Source of the DNA: Eledone cirrhosa
Taxonomy: Eukaryota
Reading direction: 5' to 3'
Assembly (NCBI GenBank): GCA_964016885.1
Contig: OZ024753.1
Span: 14,074,001-14,138,000, forward strand
Length of the DNA stretch: 64,000 bases
The position numbers and the translations under genes are program-made. Shown in pieces: positions 38,069 to 50,682 of the stretch. The first letter of the stretch is position 1; every line of letters begins with the position of its first letter. A model generated the notes under the pieces. It was not told the DNA's origin. It made no database searches and was given only the letters and a program-made list of their open reading frames with translations.

Positions 38069-39953
38069 GTGACTGACGTTTGTTTAACCCTTTTGTACCC
38101 ATATTGTAAGAGTTGACTAAAAGAGTTGGTGCCACGAGGGGCACCATATTCATCATCACCATTTAAGGTTTATTTATCCATGTTTGAATGGTTAGACAGG
38201 TCATCCACATCACGAAACAAGCCTGGCCAGATGGTCATGCCGTATCTTGCTCAGACGGAACTATATTTTGGCTGGGATTTTTACAGTTGGAAGCCCTCTT
38301 AACACCAACCATATTTACAGTGGAGAAACTGGGTAGATCTGTTATGAGACAAGCCTGGCCAGATGGCCGCGCCATACTTTGCACACAACGGGACTGTGTT
38401 GGGTGAGATTTTACGGCTGTTGGATGCCCTTCCTAACACCAACCATGTTTACAGTGGAGAAACCGGGTGGTCCTGTTATGAGATAAGTCTGGCCAGAGGG
38501 CTGCCACTTTGCACACATCGGGGCTGTGTTGGGTGAGCTTTTACGGCTGTTGGATACCCTTCCAAACACCAACCATGTTTACAGTGGGTGGTCTTGTTAT
38601 GAGGAAGGTTTGGTCAGTTGGTTGCGACAAGCTTTGCTCATAGTGGGGTGCTACCTTAAAAAGGACCCATAATATGTATGATCACCTTGGTACTAAACAA
38701 CTGTTTATGCAGAGGGAAAGGGGAAGTGCCACCTAATAACCATCCTCCCCCGCATACATTCACTTTTTTATTAATATGTGTGTGGATCATATATTTTGTT
38801 TTGAGGCCAACACTGACACCTTACAGGGTGGATTGGTGCTTTTGTTTGTAATCATGGCACCAGCACTTACACTTAATACACTCCCTCCTCCCACACATAA
38901 ACCCACATATATATTAGTATGTATATGTGCATCATATATATATATATATGTATATGTAGGAAAATAGGAAGAACTCAGCATATGGAAGCTGTTGGAACAG
39001 CAAAATACCATTGAAGCGGCATTGGGTAAAATATTAACTCGAAGGACAGAAATCAGCGGCTTGGTGTGCGTTGACTCGAGGTAATGTTTTACCCAACACT
39101 GCTTCAACGATATTTTGCAGTTTTAACAGCTTCCTTACGCCGAGTTTTTCCATTTTCCTACAATTCTAATGCACTCGCGTCTCATAACTCGATATTTGAG
39201 TTAATTTGTATATATTGATATATATATATGCATATATATATATATAATGGAGGCACATGGCTTAGTGGTTAGAGCATTGGCCTTGCAATCGAAAGGTTGT
39301 GAGTTCAATTCTCAGACTGGGTGATGTGTTGTTTCCTTGAGCAAGACACTTTATTTCACATTGCTCCAGTTTACTCAGCTGTAGAAATGAGATGATGGGG
39401 ACTGGGACCCATATCATTCCACTGCAAAGTGGTCGTGGAGGTGCCACGGCAAAAAAGCACTCAGCACTCACTGTAAATGAGGTTGGTGTTAGGAAGGGCA
39501 TCCAGCTGTAGAAATCAAGCCAGAATCAGTTCCCGTCCCACCCTTGCAAGCAGGGAAAAGCGGACATAAAATGATGATGACGATGATGATGATGAAATGA
39601 TATGTAGTAATAAACACAGTAAATCGTGTGTCTAAAATTACGAGGGTTGAAATACTACGTTGGTTTGACAAATTTAACCAGTAACAAACGGAAAATACAG
39701 AAAATATACAGACCATCACAATAACTATTACATCTCCTGGACAGATTAGAGATTTAATCTGTTTCGCCCTGAGAATTGTGTTTGCTTCTGGTTACATTTT
39801 GTCAAACCAACGTGGTACTTCAACCCTCGTAATTTTAGACACACGATTTACTGTGTTTATTTCTACATATATTATTATATAATGCTCAGTATTTATACTT
39901 TGAGCTTGTTAATTACAGGGTATCAATAGGAGTTAGTAACTCTGTATTTTATT

Positions 39954-39990
<37 letters not shown>

Positions 39991-40110
39991 ATACTTTGGG
40001 AGGGTCATGTTGCCAATAAGAAACACACGCACCAGTTGTTTCACTTCAGAAAATTCAGAAACGAAATATATATATATATAGTTATGTAATAAACAACATA
40101 AGATAATTAT

Positions 40111-40168
40111 TTCATTTACCAGTGGTTTTTTGAAAGCAGATATATCTGTTTTCAGTCGTCAGAATGAA
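40111..40168 (-). ncRNA. Decayed hammerhead (CUGACGA core, G12 lost)
   Basis: ttcatt-CTGACGA-ctgaaaacaga tata tctgctttca-aaaa-ACC act GGT-A-aatgaa. Confidence 0.6.
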
Positions 40169-40207
40169 TAAAAAACATGGTGTTTTTATTAAATATGGAT
40201 TTGAAAA

Positions 40208-40241
<34 letters not shown>

Positions 40242-40986
40242 CAGGATGGATTCAGTTTGAAACTAGTTAGACCATTACTCAACAGAGTACTCAATACTTG
40301 GGGTAGTAGAGTGTGGCTATATTATAAAGAGTTGGGACCCCACTCTTTATAATATATATATAATATATCATCATCATTGTTTAACGTCCACTTTCCGCGC
40401 TAGCATGGTTTAGCCGGGTTGTCCCATTTTAGGCAAGTTGGGTCAGGTGACTGTGTCTTGCTCATATAGAACTGTTTCTGACAAGATTTCTATAGCTGGA
40501 TGCCCTTCTTAATGCCAACCACATTTACAGTGTGTGCTGGGTGCTTTTTGTCGTGACACCTGCACAACCACATTTACAGTGAAGGCTGGATGCTTTTTGT
40601 GGTACTATACATATATATATAGTGAAAACTGGGACGGGAACAAAAACAGAGAGGCAGTACAAACAAAAGTTTATTAGGTTCACGCTCTTGATATATATAT
40701 AAGACAAATTGGCAGAGTTGTTAAGACGTTGGATAGAATGCTTTATGGCATTCAGCCCACCTCTTTGTGCGCTCTGAGTTCAAATCTCGCCGTGGTCAGC
40801 TTTGCCTTTCATCCTTTCGAGGTTGATAAAAAAAAAAGTACCAGTCCAGTACTGAGGTCAATTCTTCCTCCATAGAAAAAAATCGGCTGTGTTCAGACCT
40901 GGAGAGGGTTGGGCTCAACCAGGTTTGAAAGTGCCCTACACACGGTGTATGATGGTGCCTCTATGACTCCAGAAGGAGTTATCAGT

Positions 40987-41028
<42 letters not shown>

Positions 41029-41079
41029 TATACATACATATATATATATATATATACACACACATATATATATATACAC

Positions 41080-41119
<40 letters not shown>

Positions 41120-41164
41120 CAAAGAAAAAAAGAGAATCAGTGTTGCGACGAATGGAATTTATTG

Positions 41165-41260
41165 GACATATTACAATCGTTTCTCTGGCAACCAGCTCGT
41201 GGCACGATCAATGTGATGATCGAACCTGACTCTGAAAATCGCAAGGTCCTCAGATACGTC
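41165..41260 (-). ncRNA. Type I hammerhead with ~60-nt extended stem II (CUGAGGA core)
   Basis: gacgtat-CTGAGGA-ccttgcgatt...cgatca/tgatcg...ggttgccaga-GAA-ACGATTGT-A-atatgtc; left arm of fold-back 41124-41428. Confidence 0.7.
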
Positions 41261-41985
41261 TTGATTCTACGAAGCAGATTTTCCTAGACTCAAGATGTAT
41301 GAGGACCTTGCAATTTTCAGAGTCAGGTTCGATCATCACATCGGTCGTGCCTCAAGCTGGTCGCCAGAGAAACGATTGTAATATGTCCAATAAATTCCAT
41401 TCGTCGCAACACTGATTCTCTTTTTTTCTGTGATATCATACTCTGCTCTATGACAGCATCGAGTGCTCATATGGCCTACCGCATACGGACGCTTTAAACA
41501 TCCAACACCAATTATATATATATATATATGGAGGCACATGGCTTAGTGGTTAGAGCATTGGCCTTGCAATCAAAAGGTTGTGAGTTAAATTCTCAGACCG
41601 GGTGATGTGTTGTTTCCTTGAGCAACACACTTTATTTCACATTGCTCCAGTTTACTCAGCTGTAGAAATGAGATGATAGGACTGGGGTCCCTATCATTCC
41701 ACTGCAAAGTGGTCGTTGGGGTGCCACGGCAAAAAAAGTACCCAGCATTCACTGTAAAGTGGACGTGTAGGCGCCACAGAAAAAAAGCACCCAGCACTCA
41801 CTGTAAATGATGTTGGTGTTAGGAAGAGCATCCAGCTGTAGAAATCAAGCCAGAATCATTTCACGTCCCACCCTTGCAAGCAGGGAAAAGTGGACATAAA
41901 ATGATGATGATGATGATGATGATATATATATAGTTTTTCAAATGCTGCTTTCACTATCTACAATAATCTTGTTTTCCATTACTAG

Positions 41986-42152
41986 CCAATGTAGACAACG
42001 GGAATAACATCGGTGTTGGTGCAGATGTCGATCACGACAAACAGGGTGACTTGGACAACATTGCTCTACAGAAGAAAGAAATTATACAACGTCAAAATGA
42101 AGGTGCTAATGACCACAACCAGGTTCAAGCCCCATTGAATGGTAAACTTGAC
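41986..42152 (+). CDS. Internal exon of the same gene (ANVDNGNNIGVGADVDHDKQGDLDNIALQKKEIIQRQNEGANDHNQVQAPLNGKLD)
   Basis: cttgttttccattactag acceptor; G+CC completes a GCC codon from the previous phase-1 exon; GAC|gtaagt donor; frame matches ORF 42051..42428. Confidence 0.8.
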
Positions 42153-42729
42153 GTAAGTATCCTATTTATCTATATCTTAAGGGGTATGCACACAGCTACA
42201 GTTCACCTTCATGTTGAGCTTTCTCCATGTTTTTATTGTTTCTTTTTTTTTTCATCTTTTTTTGTTGTATTATATTTAATTGGTTGTTTTGTTGTTGTTT
42301 TTTTGGTGGTGGACTTAATTTCATTTTGTTTCATTTATATTTATTTTTTGGTTTTAGAATTGTTTTTTTTTTTGTTATTAAAGATTAAATATTCAGTTTT
42401 CTGGAGAAAAAAATATATATTGGTTTAAAATGGAATAGGAATATACACATAAATAAGACCGCTATTGCTCCAGTCAGGCCAAAAACATTCAGCAAATATC
42501 CTAAACTGAGCTCCAAACTATACTCATGACCCCTGCCAATCCAAACTGTACTCACCTTCCAAATTTGGTTAATCAAATGCAGACCACCTATCTTCCTAAA
42601 CTAGGCAGCATCATCTTGATCCCATTTCATGGTATCTTGGGCAAGTGTCTTTACTGTGGGCCTTGGAGTAACTGAAGCCAATTAAGTGAAATTGGGTAGG
42701 TGGAAAACTGTCTAGGAGCCTGATGTATA

Positions 42730-43010
42730 GGCTGTACCAGTAATTCAATGGTTCAGCCTTGAAAAATATTGTATCATGCAACAATATTCAGTTAGATGCC
42801 CATTGGAGAAGCTGTACCAGTAATTCATTGGGCCAGCCTTGATACATATTGTATCATACAACAATATTCAGTTAGATGTCCATTGGAGAGGCTGTACCAG
42901 TAATTCAATGGGCAAGTCTTGATACATATTGTATCATGCATCAAAATTCAGTTAGATGCCCATTGGAGAGGCCGTACCAGTAATTTATGGGGCCAGCCTT
43001 AATACATGTA
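42730..43010. repeat. ~80-bp tandem repeat, about 3.5 copies
   Basis: Repeated gctgtaccagtaattca...caatattcagttagatgcccattggaga. Confidence 0.8.
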
Positions 43011-43474
43011 TCATTACATACATGAATTTGTGGTGAAATATTCAGCCACTCATTCTACAGTGGCTGAGTATTTGGACTGAATAAGATGGATTGTACTTGG
43101 AATTCTAAAGTCAAGCCATGTGGCATAGTGTTTTATATATGTAGGAATGTATCATCATCATCATCATTTTACATCCGCTTTTCCCTGCTTGCAAGGGTGG
43201 GACGGGAACTGATTGTGGCTTGATTTCTACATCTTCACACACACATATATATATAAAGTGAAGGCGTGTGGCTGAGTGGTTAGAGAATTGGATTCACAAT
43301 CTTGAGGTTGTGAGTTCGATTCCTGGACCGGGCGATGCGTTATGTCCTTGAGCAAGACACTTTATTTCACGTTGCTCCTTCTACCTGGAGTTGCGACCGA
43401 TAGATAGTAATAGCAATTGGAAAGACCAACGGAAACGTTGTTTCCTCGGTCCGATTTGACGAAAGTCGATCGAT

Positions 43475-43510
<36 letters not shown>

Positions 43511-43638
43511 GTGTGTATAATGGTAGCTATGGTGCTTCCATAGGCGGTATGCCAAAATTAGCACTCAATATTCTTACAGAGCAGAGTGTGAATAGTATAA
43601 AAAACCGAAAAATCAGTGGTGCATCTGGACTCAGTTTA

Positions 43639-43737
43639 TTGCGTGTTGCAATTGTTTCGCCGGCAGGTAGCTCGAGACATGATCACTGTATGGATCTGGC
43701 TGATTCTATGGCTGCAGGTTCCTTCGGACACATGCAA
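43639..43737 (-). ncRNA. Decayed long-stem-II hammerhead-like motif
   Basis: ttgcatgtgt-CCGAAGG-..ctgcag....ctgccggc-GAA-ACAATTGC-A-acacgcaa; core carries several changes. Confidence 0.4.
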
Positions 43738-44060
43738 TTCTTTCGGAGCAAATTTTCTCACTGGGGTGTTATCATCACAAAACACCTTCAAAAAACATCT
43801 TCCACTCTTATGCCATTGGCTGTTGTTTTTCTACGTCATATATACAAATATATATATATTCATTTATCAAAATATGACTCTTACAGGACTAGTTCTGTTT
43901 CCTTTAAGAATATTATGAGCCTGTTGAGTCCATTAGAGATTTCTTAGTTATATAATAATAATAATAATAATAATGAAATTATTGTGTACAGTGCTCAGGT
44001 GCACTACAAACTGTTTGTTATCACAGCTTGTGTATAGTAGAAAAGAACACTAACATTATA

Positions 44061-44320
44061 CAGTGTGCCCTCGGCATTCACAGTCCTGTTTATTCATGGA
44101 ATTTCCCTTAGAAACCCAACTAGTAATTGTTCGTGGAAACCACTGCATATTCGCAGAATCGTAAATATCTTCTGCGATTTTTTAATGGCTTTTTTTGTGG
44201 CAAAAACGTTATATTTTGACGTTTATAGGTATTTCTATGGACCACATCCAATATTTGCGTATTTTTACTCTTCGCGGGTGCTCTAGGAAGGTAAACTTCA
44301 CAAATACTGGGCGACAACTG
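44061..44320. mobile_element. pogo/Tigger-like MITE
   Basis: TA|CAGT...ACTG|TA ends with imperfect TIRs. Confidence 0.55.
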
Positions 44321-44444
44321 TATATATATATATATATGTTTCTGTGTGAGTCTTTGTATATACACACAGACCATTTTCTTTAACCTCTGAAATAAAATCT
44401 ATTTATAATTTACCATTCTTCCACCAGTCTGATAAACTCCCACC

Positions 44445-44865
44445 TTTGTATCATAAACTCCCAGTTGTCCCATAAACTCCCAGTTGTCCCATAAACTCCC
44501 AGTTTTGTATCATAAACTCCCAGTTTTGTATCATAAACTCCCAGTTTTGTGTCATAAACTACCAGTTTTGTATCATAAACTCCCAGTTGTGTATCATAAA
44601 CTCCCAGATTTGTATCATAAACTCCCAGTTGTGTATCATAAGCTCCCAGTTGTATCATAAACTCCCAGTTTTGTATCATAAACTCCCAGATTTGTATCAT
44701 AAACTCCTAGTTTTGTATCATAAGCTCCCAGTTGTATCATAAACTCCCAGTTGTCCCATAAACTCCCAGTTTTGTATCACAAACTCCTAGTTGTATCATA
44801 AACTCCCAGTTTTCTATCATAAACTCCCAATTTTGCATCATAAACACCCAGTTTTATATCATAAA
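44445..44865. repeat. ~19-21 bp minisatellite (tatcataaactcccagttttg)
   Basis: Direct observation. Confidence 0.9.
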
Positions 44866-45227
44866 ATATCATCGTTGTCATTACTTAACCTTTACTAATT
44901 AACCTACCTGCATGTAGTAATTACTACACCATACCTTACTACCCCTTAAGGTACATACACCTTGCTGTAACACCACATGTTATTTATTCTACCTGATCTA
45001 CTAATAGAACCTACATGTAGTCTTCATAATTACTGATCATTCGAATAATGTATATATATGTATGTATGTATATATGTATGTATATATGTATATGTATGTA
45101 TATATGTATATGTATGTATATATGTATATGTATGTATATATGTATATGTATATGTATATATGTATGTATATATATTGGGTCACTCTTGAGTGCTACTGGT
45201 AACATGTAACCCAGTACAACCTGTTAC

Positions 45228-45737
45228 ATTAACCATCTCGCCAACTGCAACCCTGAGCGCCTCTTTGATCTCCATGTATCTAACACACGTGGACATGCCT
45301 ACAAGATAAGAAAACAGCACAGCTCCCATGACTTTCGCAGACATTTTTTCACGCTCAGAGTTGCTGAAACATGGAACAAACTGCCTGCGTCAATTGTTAG
45401 CTGCCGAGACACTGCATCCTTTAAGACACTCATGCTTCCCGAAATACGCCAAAACTACACCTGATGTGCCCCTTCCATACACATGCACACATGTGTGCAC
45501 TGTTCATTTTACTGATGTTTGTGCATTGCCCTATGTACTGTACATGCACTTTTTTGATGGGTTGTGGTGCACCTGGGCACTGTGCACAATATTTCATTAT
45601 TGTTATTGTTATTATATCATGACTCATACACTGTTTATTTTCCTGACATTTGTACATTATTCTATGTACTATACATGCACCTTTGATGAGTTGTAGTGCA
45701 CCTGAGCACTGTACACAATAATTTCATTATTATTATT
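45228..45737 (+). mobile_element. CR1-group LINE 3' end inserted into another repeat
   Basis: TRGHAYKIRKQ..FRRHFFTLRVAETWNKLPASIV motif and (att)n tail. The host repeat (45178-45227 plus 45738-46130) is uninterrupted at 61870-62125 and at 9230-9515(-). Confidence 0.8.
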
Positions 45738-46701
45738 AAACCGGCAACCCCACCAGGTTTACTTAGTGAGGAGGGTGATTTTGGACACCCTGCAGGACAT
45801 AAAACAAAACCTGACAAAGGGCAAAAGAACTCATAAGAGTCAACGGCCATCCAAAAGTGTGTAAATATGTATATAGACATGTACCGCGTGGTTAAACCAC
45901 TGGGAGTGAAGGACCCCTAGCCTTTGTCAGGGCATTCTTCTAGGAGAAGGCAACTCAGGAAACTGGGATAACTCCGTTATAAAACCTGCGGCTCAGTAGT
46001 TACCGATGATGTTGATCTTTTCTTCTTTTCTTCTTATAGCTACTGTCGCTCAGAGAGTGGGATTGGCTCAGTGCACAGTCTTTCCTCACTTTAAAATATA
46101 TCTTCACGTACAGGCATTGCACGATAGAATTAATTAATTGTTTCTACTTTAGGCACAAGGCCAGCAATTACCCAGTACATTACTGGTACTTTATTTTATC
46201 GACCCCGTAAGGATGAAAGGCATAGTTAACCTCGGCGGGATTTGAACTCAGAATGTAAAGGGACGTAACAATGCTAGAAAGCGTGGCGCCCAACCCTAGA
46301 ATTAATTAATAATTACTAATAATGGTATATCATGCAATGGCCATACTCAATAACGAGGGGGCAGCCATCATATATGTATGTATATATGTATATATATATA
46401 TATATATACATATATACATACTGGTTAAGAGAGTGGGACTGGCTTTGTGCAGTGCCTTTGCTCACTATAAAAGCTTCACGGCACAGGCATTGCTTTATAT
46501 CTGGAGATCTCTCTGCACTTGTTGTCACAGGGTAGAATGGGCCCAGCGCTATGTGTCAGTGGTTGTCACGGGTGTAGTGTTTGTGCCGGAGTTTTCAGGT
46601 CGCTGGCTGGACTGGAGGGTCACACTCGTTCAGCGCATCAGTAGGGGTTCTCCTACATGGATATAAAGTAGTGGCCGTACTCGAAAACGAGTTGGCAGCC
46701 A

Positions 46702-46776
<75 letters not shown>

Positions 46777-46850
46777 CATATATATATATGTATATATTTG
46801 TATGTATGTATATATGTATATATATATATATATATATTTATGTATGTATG

Positions 46851-46883
<33 letters not shown>

Positions 46884-47196
46884 GTATATATGTATAATTG
46901 TTTCTACTTTTGGCACAAGGCCAGCAATTATCCCAGTGCATTACTGGTACTTTATTTTATCGACCCCGTAAAGATGAAAGGCAATGTTAACCTCGGCGGG
47001 ATTTGAACTCAGACCATAAAGGGCCGTAACTCTTTGCTGCAAAGCATGGCGTCCAACCCTCTACCAATACTGCCAATCCACTGCCCTGTATATATGTCTA
47101 ATATCAACAGGAATGGACCTGTTATTTTTATCTAAAGACATTTTTTTTCCAATTCCATCCTTCTCGTTCCCTCAATCTATCTTATTTCTCATTCTT

Positions 47197-47232
47197 TCTT
47201 CTGATGAAGGACTAGTGTCCAAAACGTCAAGA
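47197..47232 (+). ncRNA. Minimal hammerhead family H3, probably inactivated (GAAA to AAAA)
   Basis: tctt-CTGATGA-a-ggac tagt gtcc-AAA-ACGT-C-aaga. Confidence 0.65.
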
Positions 47233-47346
47233 CCCTCTCCTGCTATTTCAGGTGTTAACCTAATATTATTCCTTCCATATACTGTACCGATTGTGTTGTT
47301 ATTTCTGTTTACCTTTTACATACATATATATGTATATACATACATT

Positions 47347-47405
<59 letters not shown>

Positions 47406-48055
47406 CAACTAGACATTGATTAACATATAAATAAACATGAATAATCACAGGAGATAATTTTTACAAGTGTGTAAGCACATATAGCTAGGTAGGTAACTAA
47501 ATAAAGATAATGTGTGCTTACACACTTGTAAAAATTATCTCCTGTGATTATTCATGTTTATTTATATGTTAATCAATTTCTAGTTGTTATAAAATGCTCG
47601 GACCTATACGTTAGAATCTTAGAGCTTATTTTGCGGGTGATATGGCGCATCTCTTTCTGGCATGACACCCATAATTTTGATTATCTTAATTTTGGATATA
47701 AATATATAAATATATATATCATCATCATTTCATTTTACGTCCGCTTTTTCCCTGCTTGCAAGAGTGGGACGGGAACTGATTCTGGCTTGATTTCTACAGC
47801 TGGATGCCCTTCCTAACAACAACCTCATTTACAGTGAGTGCTGGGTGCTTTTTTGCCGTGGCACCTACACGACCACTTTGTAGTGGAATGATAGGGACTC
47901 CAGTCCCTATCACCTCATTTCTACAGCTGAGTAAACTGGAGCAATGTGAAATAAAGTGTCTTGCTCAAGGAAACAACACATCACCAGTCTGAGAATTGAA
48001 CTCACAACCTTTCGATTGCAAGGCCAATGCTCTAACCACTAAGCCATGTGCCTCC

Positions 48056-48137
<82 letters not shown>

Positions 48138-48336
48138 GCACACACAGACTATAGTGTACCAATGAAATGACGACAGTTTTATTACTTGGAAATGATGTGT
48201 GACACTATTTTTAAATACCTCAACCTGAAGACCTCTCATGAAGTATTTAATAATGCCTTATACTTTAATTCTAGCTGTAAAACTATCACTAATTCATGTC
48301 ACAGAGCATGCTGTCTACTGGAACTGATGTCACAGT

Positions 48337-48374
<38 letters not shown>

Positions 48375-48516
48375 TAATAATAAATTTGAAGACTAAAATC
48401 CAAAGAGGGCTCGATAAGGATAAATATATATCAGATATATAAGAACTGTAGTTTCAGAGAATCCCGTTAAGGGTGAAAGCAGCAATTCTTTTCTTAAACT
48501 TTAATCTGTTATTTTA

Positions 48517-48558
<42 letters not shown>

Positions 48559-48644
48559 GTGAGGTTTTTTTTACAAAATGAAAAATAACCGAGGTGTCCT
48601 ACACGAGATGTGAGAAAAACCACAGACCCTCCATCTCAACTCTA

Positions 48645-48680
48645 CTTTTGAAAAGCAGAAGAACTGCGAAACCGGTAAAG
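48645..48680 (+). ncRNA. Minimal hammerhead with U3-A8 core (UUGAAAA), family H4
   Basis: ctt-TTGAAAA-gcag aagaa ctgc-GAA-ACCGGT-A-aag; diverged relative at 50207-50242(-). Confidence 0.65.
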
Positions 48681-48748
48681 GAACCAAATAAATATATATA
48701 TTTTTTTTTAATAAGACTCCAGTTGCATTTTCGATTTCATCTTTTGTT

Positions 48749-48802
<54 letters not shown>

Positions 48803-49232
48803 TCATCATCATCATCATTTTTTACATCCGCTTTTCCCTGCTTGCAAGGGTGGGACGGGAACTGATTCTGGCTTGATTTCTACAGCTGGATGCTCTTCCT
48901 AACACCAACCTCATTTACAGTGAGTGCTGGGTGCTTTTTTGCAGTGGGATGAGAGGGACCCCAGTCCCTATCATCTCATTTCTACATCTGAGTAAACTGG
49001 AGCAATGTGAAATAAAGTGTGTTGCTCAAGGAAACAACACATCACTCGGTCTGAGAATTGAACTCACAACCTTATATATATATATAACTCACAACCTTAT
49101 ATATATATATATTATATATATATATATATTATATATATATATATTATATATATATATTATATATATATATTATATATATATATATATATTATATATATTT
49201 ATATATATTTATATATATATATTATATATATA

Positions 49233-49296
<64 letters not shown>

Positions 49297-49434
49297 ATAT
49301 ATTATATATATATATATATTATATATATATTATATATATATATATATTATATATATATTAAATATATATATATATTATATATATATAGAAAATATAGAAA
49401 ATACATGAATCAAAGTTCTGTTTTAATCATTTAT

Positions 49435-49483
49435 TTGCTCACAATTGTTTCTTCCAAACCGAGGTTTGGAGTCTTCGGAGCAA
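49435..49483 (-). ncRNA. Decayed hammerhead
   Basis: ttgct-CCGAAGA-ctccaaac ctcg gtttggaa-GAA-ACAATTGT-G-agcaa (U4C change, G at position 17). Confidence 0.5.
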
Positions 49484-50682
49484 TTTTTCAGTGATCTTTT
49501 TACATACTTGACCTCCTTTCCAACACAAGAGACATATAGAAACATATGTATATATTGATGCACAGTGGGTTGACATCCATTATAATAATATAGCATGGCA
49601 ATTTACATACAAAAATTAAAGGACAAAATTAAAGTTAAAATACAACATTGGCAGTTTACAAAGATAAAGCAAGAGGATAGTTTGAAGTAGTTAGTGTATG
49701 CCATAGTTACACATGGGGCATGTACGTGTGTCTTATTTATATAAGATTATAGTGCGGCAGGGTGTTACATGTAATACAAACAGTTTAAGCGGGCAATCAA
49801 GAGTATTATGGGGGTTGTATTGGTAAAGTATTTTTTTATGTATATATGTATGATATAGAAGCCTGTGTGTAGATAAATGCCAAAAATATTAAAAGTATTA
49901 AAAGCGAGAAGCAAAACAACGCCACGGTCCTCGCATACACCACCATTTTCACAATCCAGGAAACGCAATTTATAGATTATATGTCCCTTACACAATCCAC
50001 GATGATTCAACATTGGATGTTTGGTGAACCATGTTATAACACTAGAGCTTGTTGTTCTCTATAGAATTGATTTAGAGAACAACAAACTCTAGTGTTATAA
50101 CATGGAAAAGAAAATGCTGACAAATTGTTCACAGTGAAAAATAGTTTAATTAGGAATAAGTGAGAATTAGTAATAGTATTGGTTAGTATTCAGTTTTGGT
50201 TTTATGTTTTACCGGTTGCGCATTTCTAATGCTTTTCAAAAATAATTTTGAGATAGAGCGTCCGTGATGTTTGCTCTGATCTGATTAGTTTTGGAAATTC
50301 TACCTGTTTTTATGTTAAAAAAGTGGCTCCAGCGGTATTAAAATAAGTTTTGCGCCAATTCGTGTTGTAAAAATTCTTGTGGTCAAAACAATTTTGATTG
50401 GTCGGTAGAGGTCATGTGAATGTTAAAAATTGATTTTGCGCCAAATGTAGGTTTGTGTCGGCTGATTGAGAAATCACTGAAAAATAAGTCTTTCAAAACA
50501 AATATGTGTGTCTGTGTGTGTGTAGTAGTAGTAAAGAGGTTCGTTGTTGTGATAATGGTCAGCAGGGCATTTGAACTGTCAACAGGCTGCGGTTCGCACA
50601 CACATCCCTGCTGACCATTATCACAACAACGAACCTCTTTACTACTACTACACACACACATATTTGTTTTGAAAGAGCCACT

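Noticed and set aside
48160-48240. Possible SECIS or HHR in the duplicated 210-bp segment
   Set aside because: AUGA/AAA/GA spacing and pairing do not fit, and CTGAAGA has no downstream GAAA.
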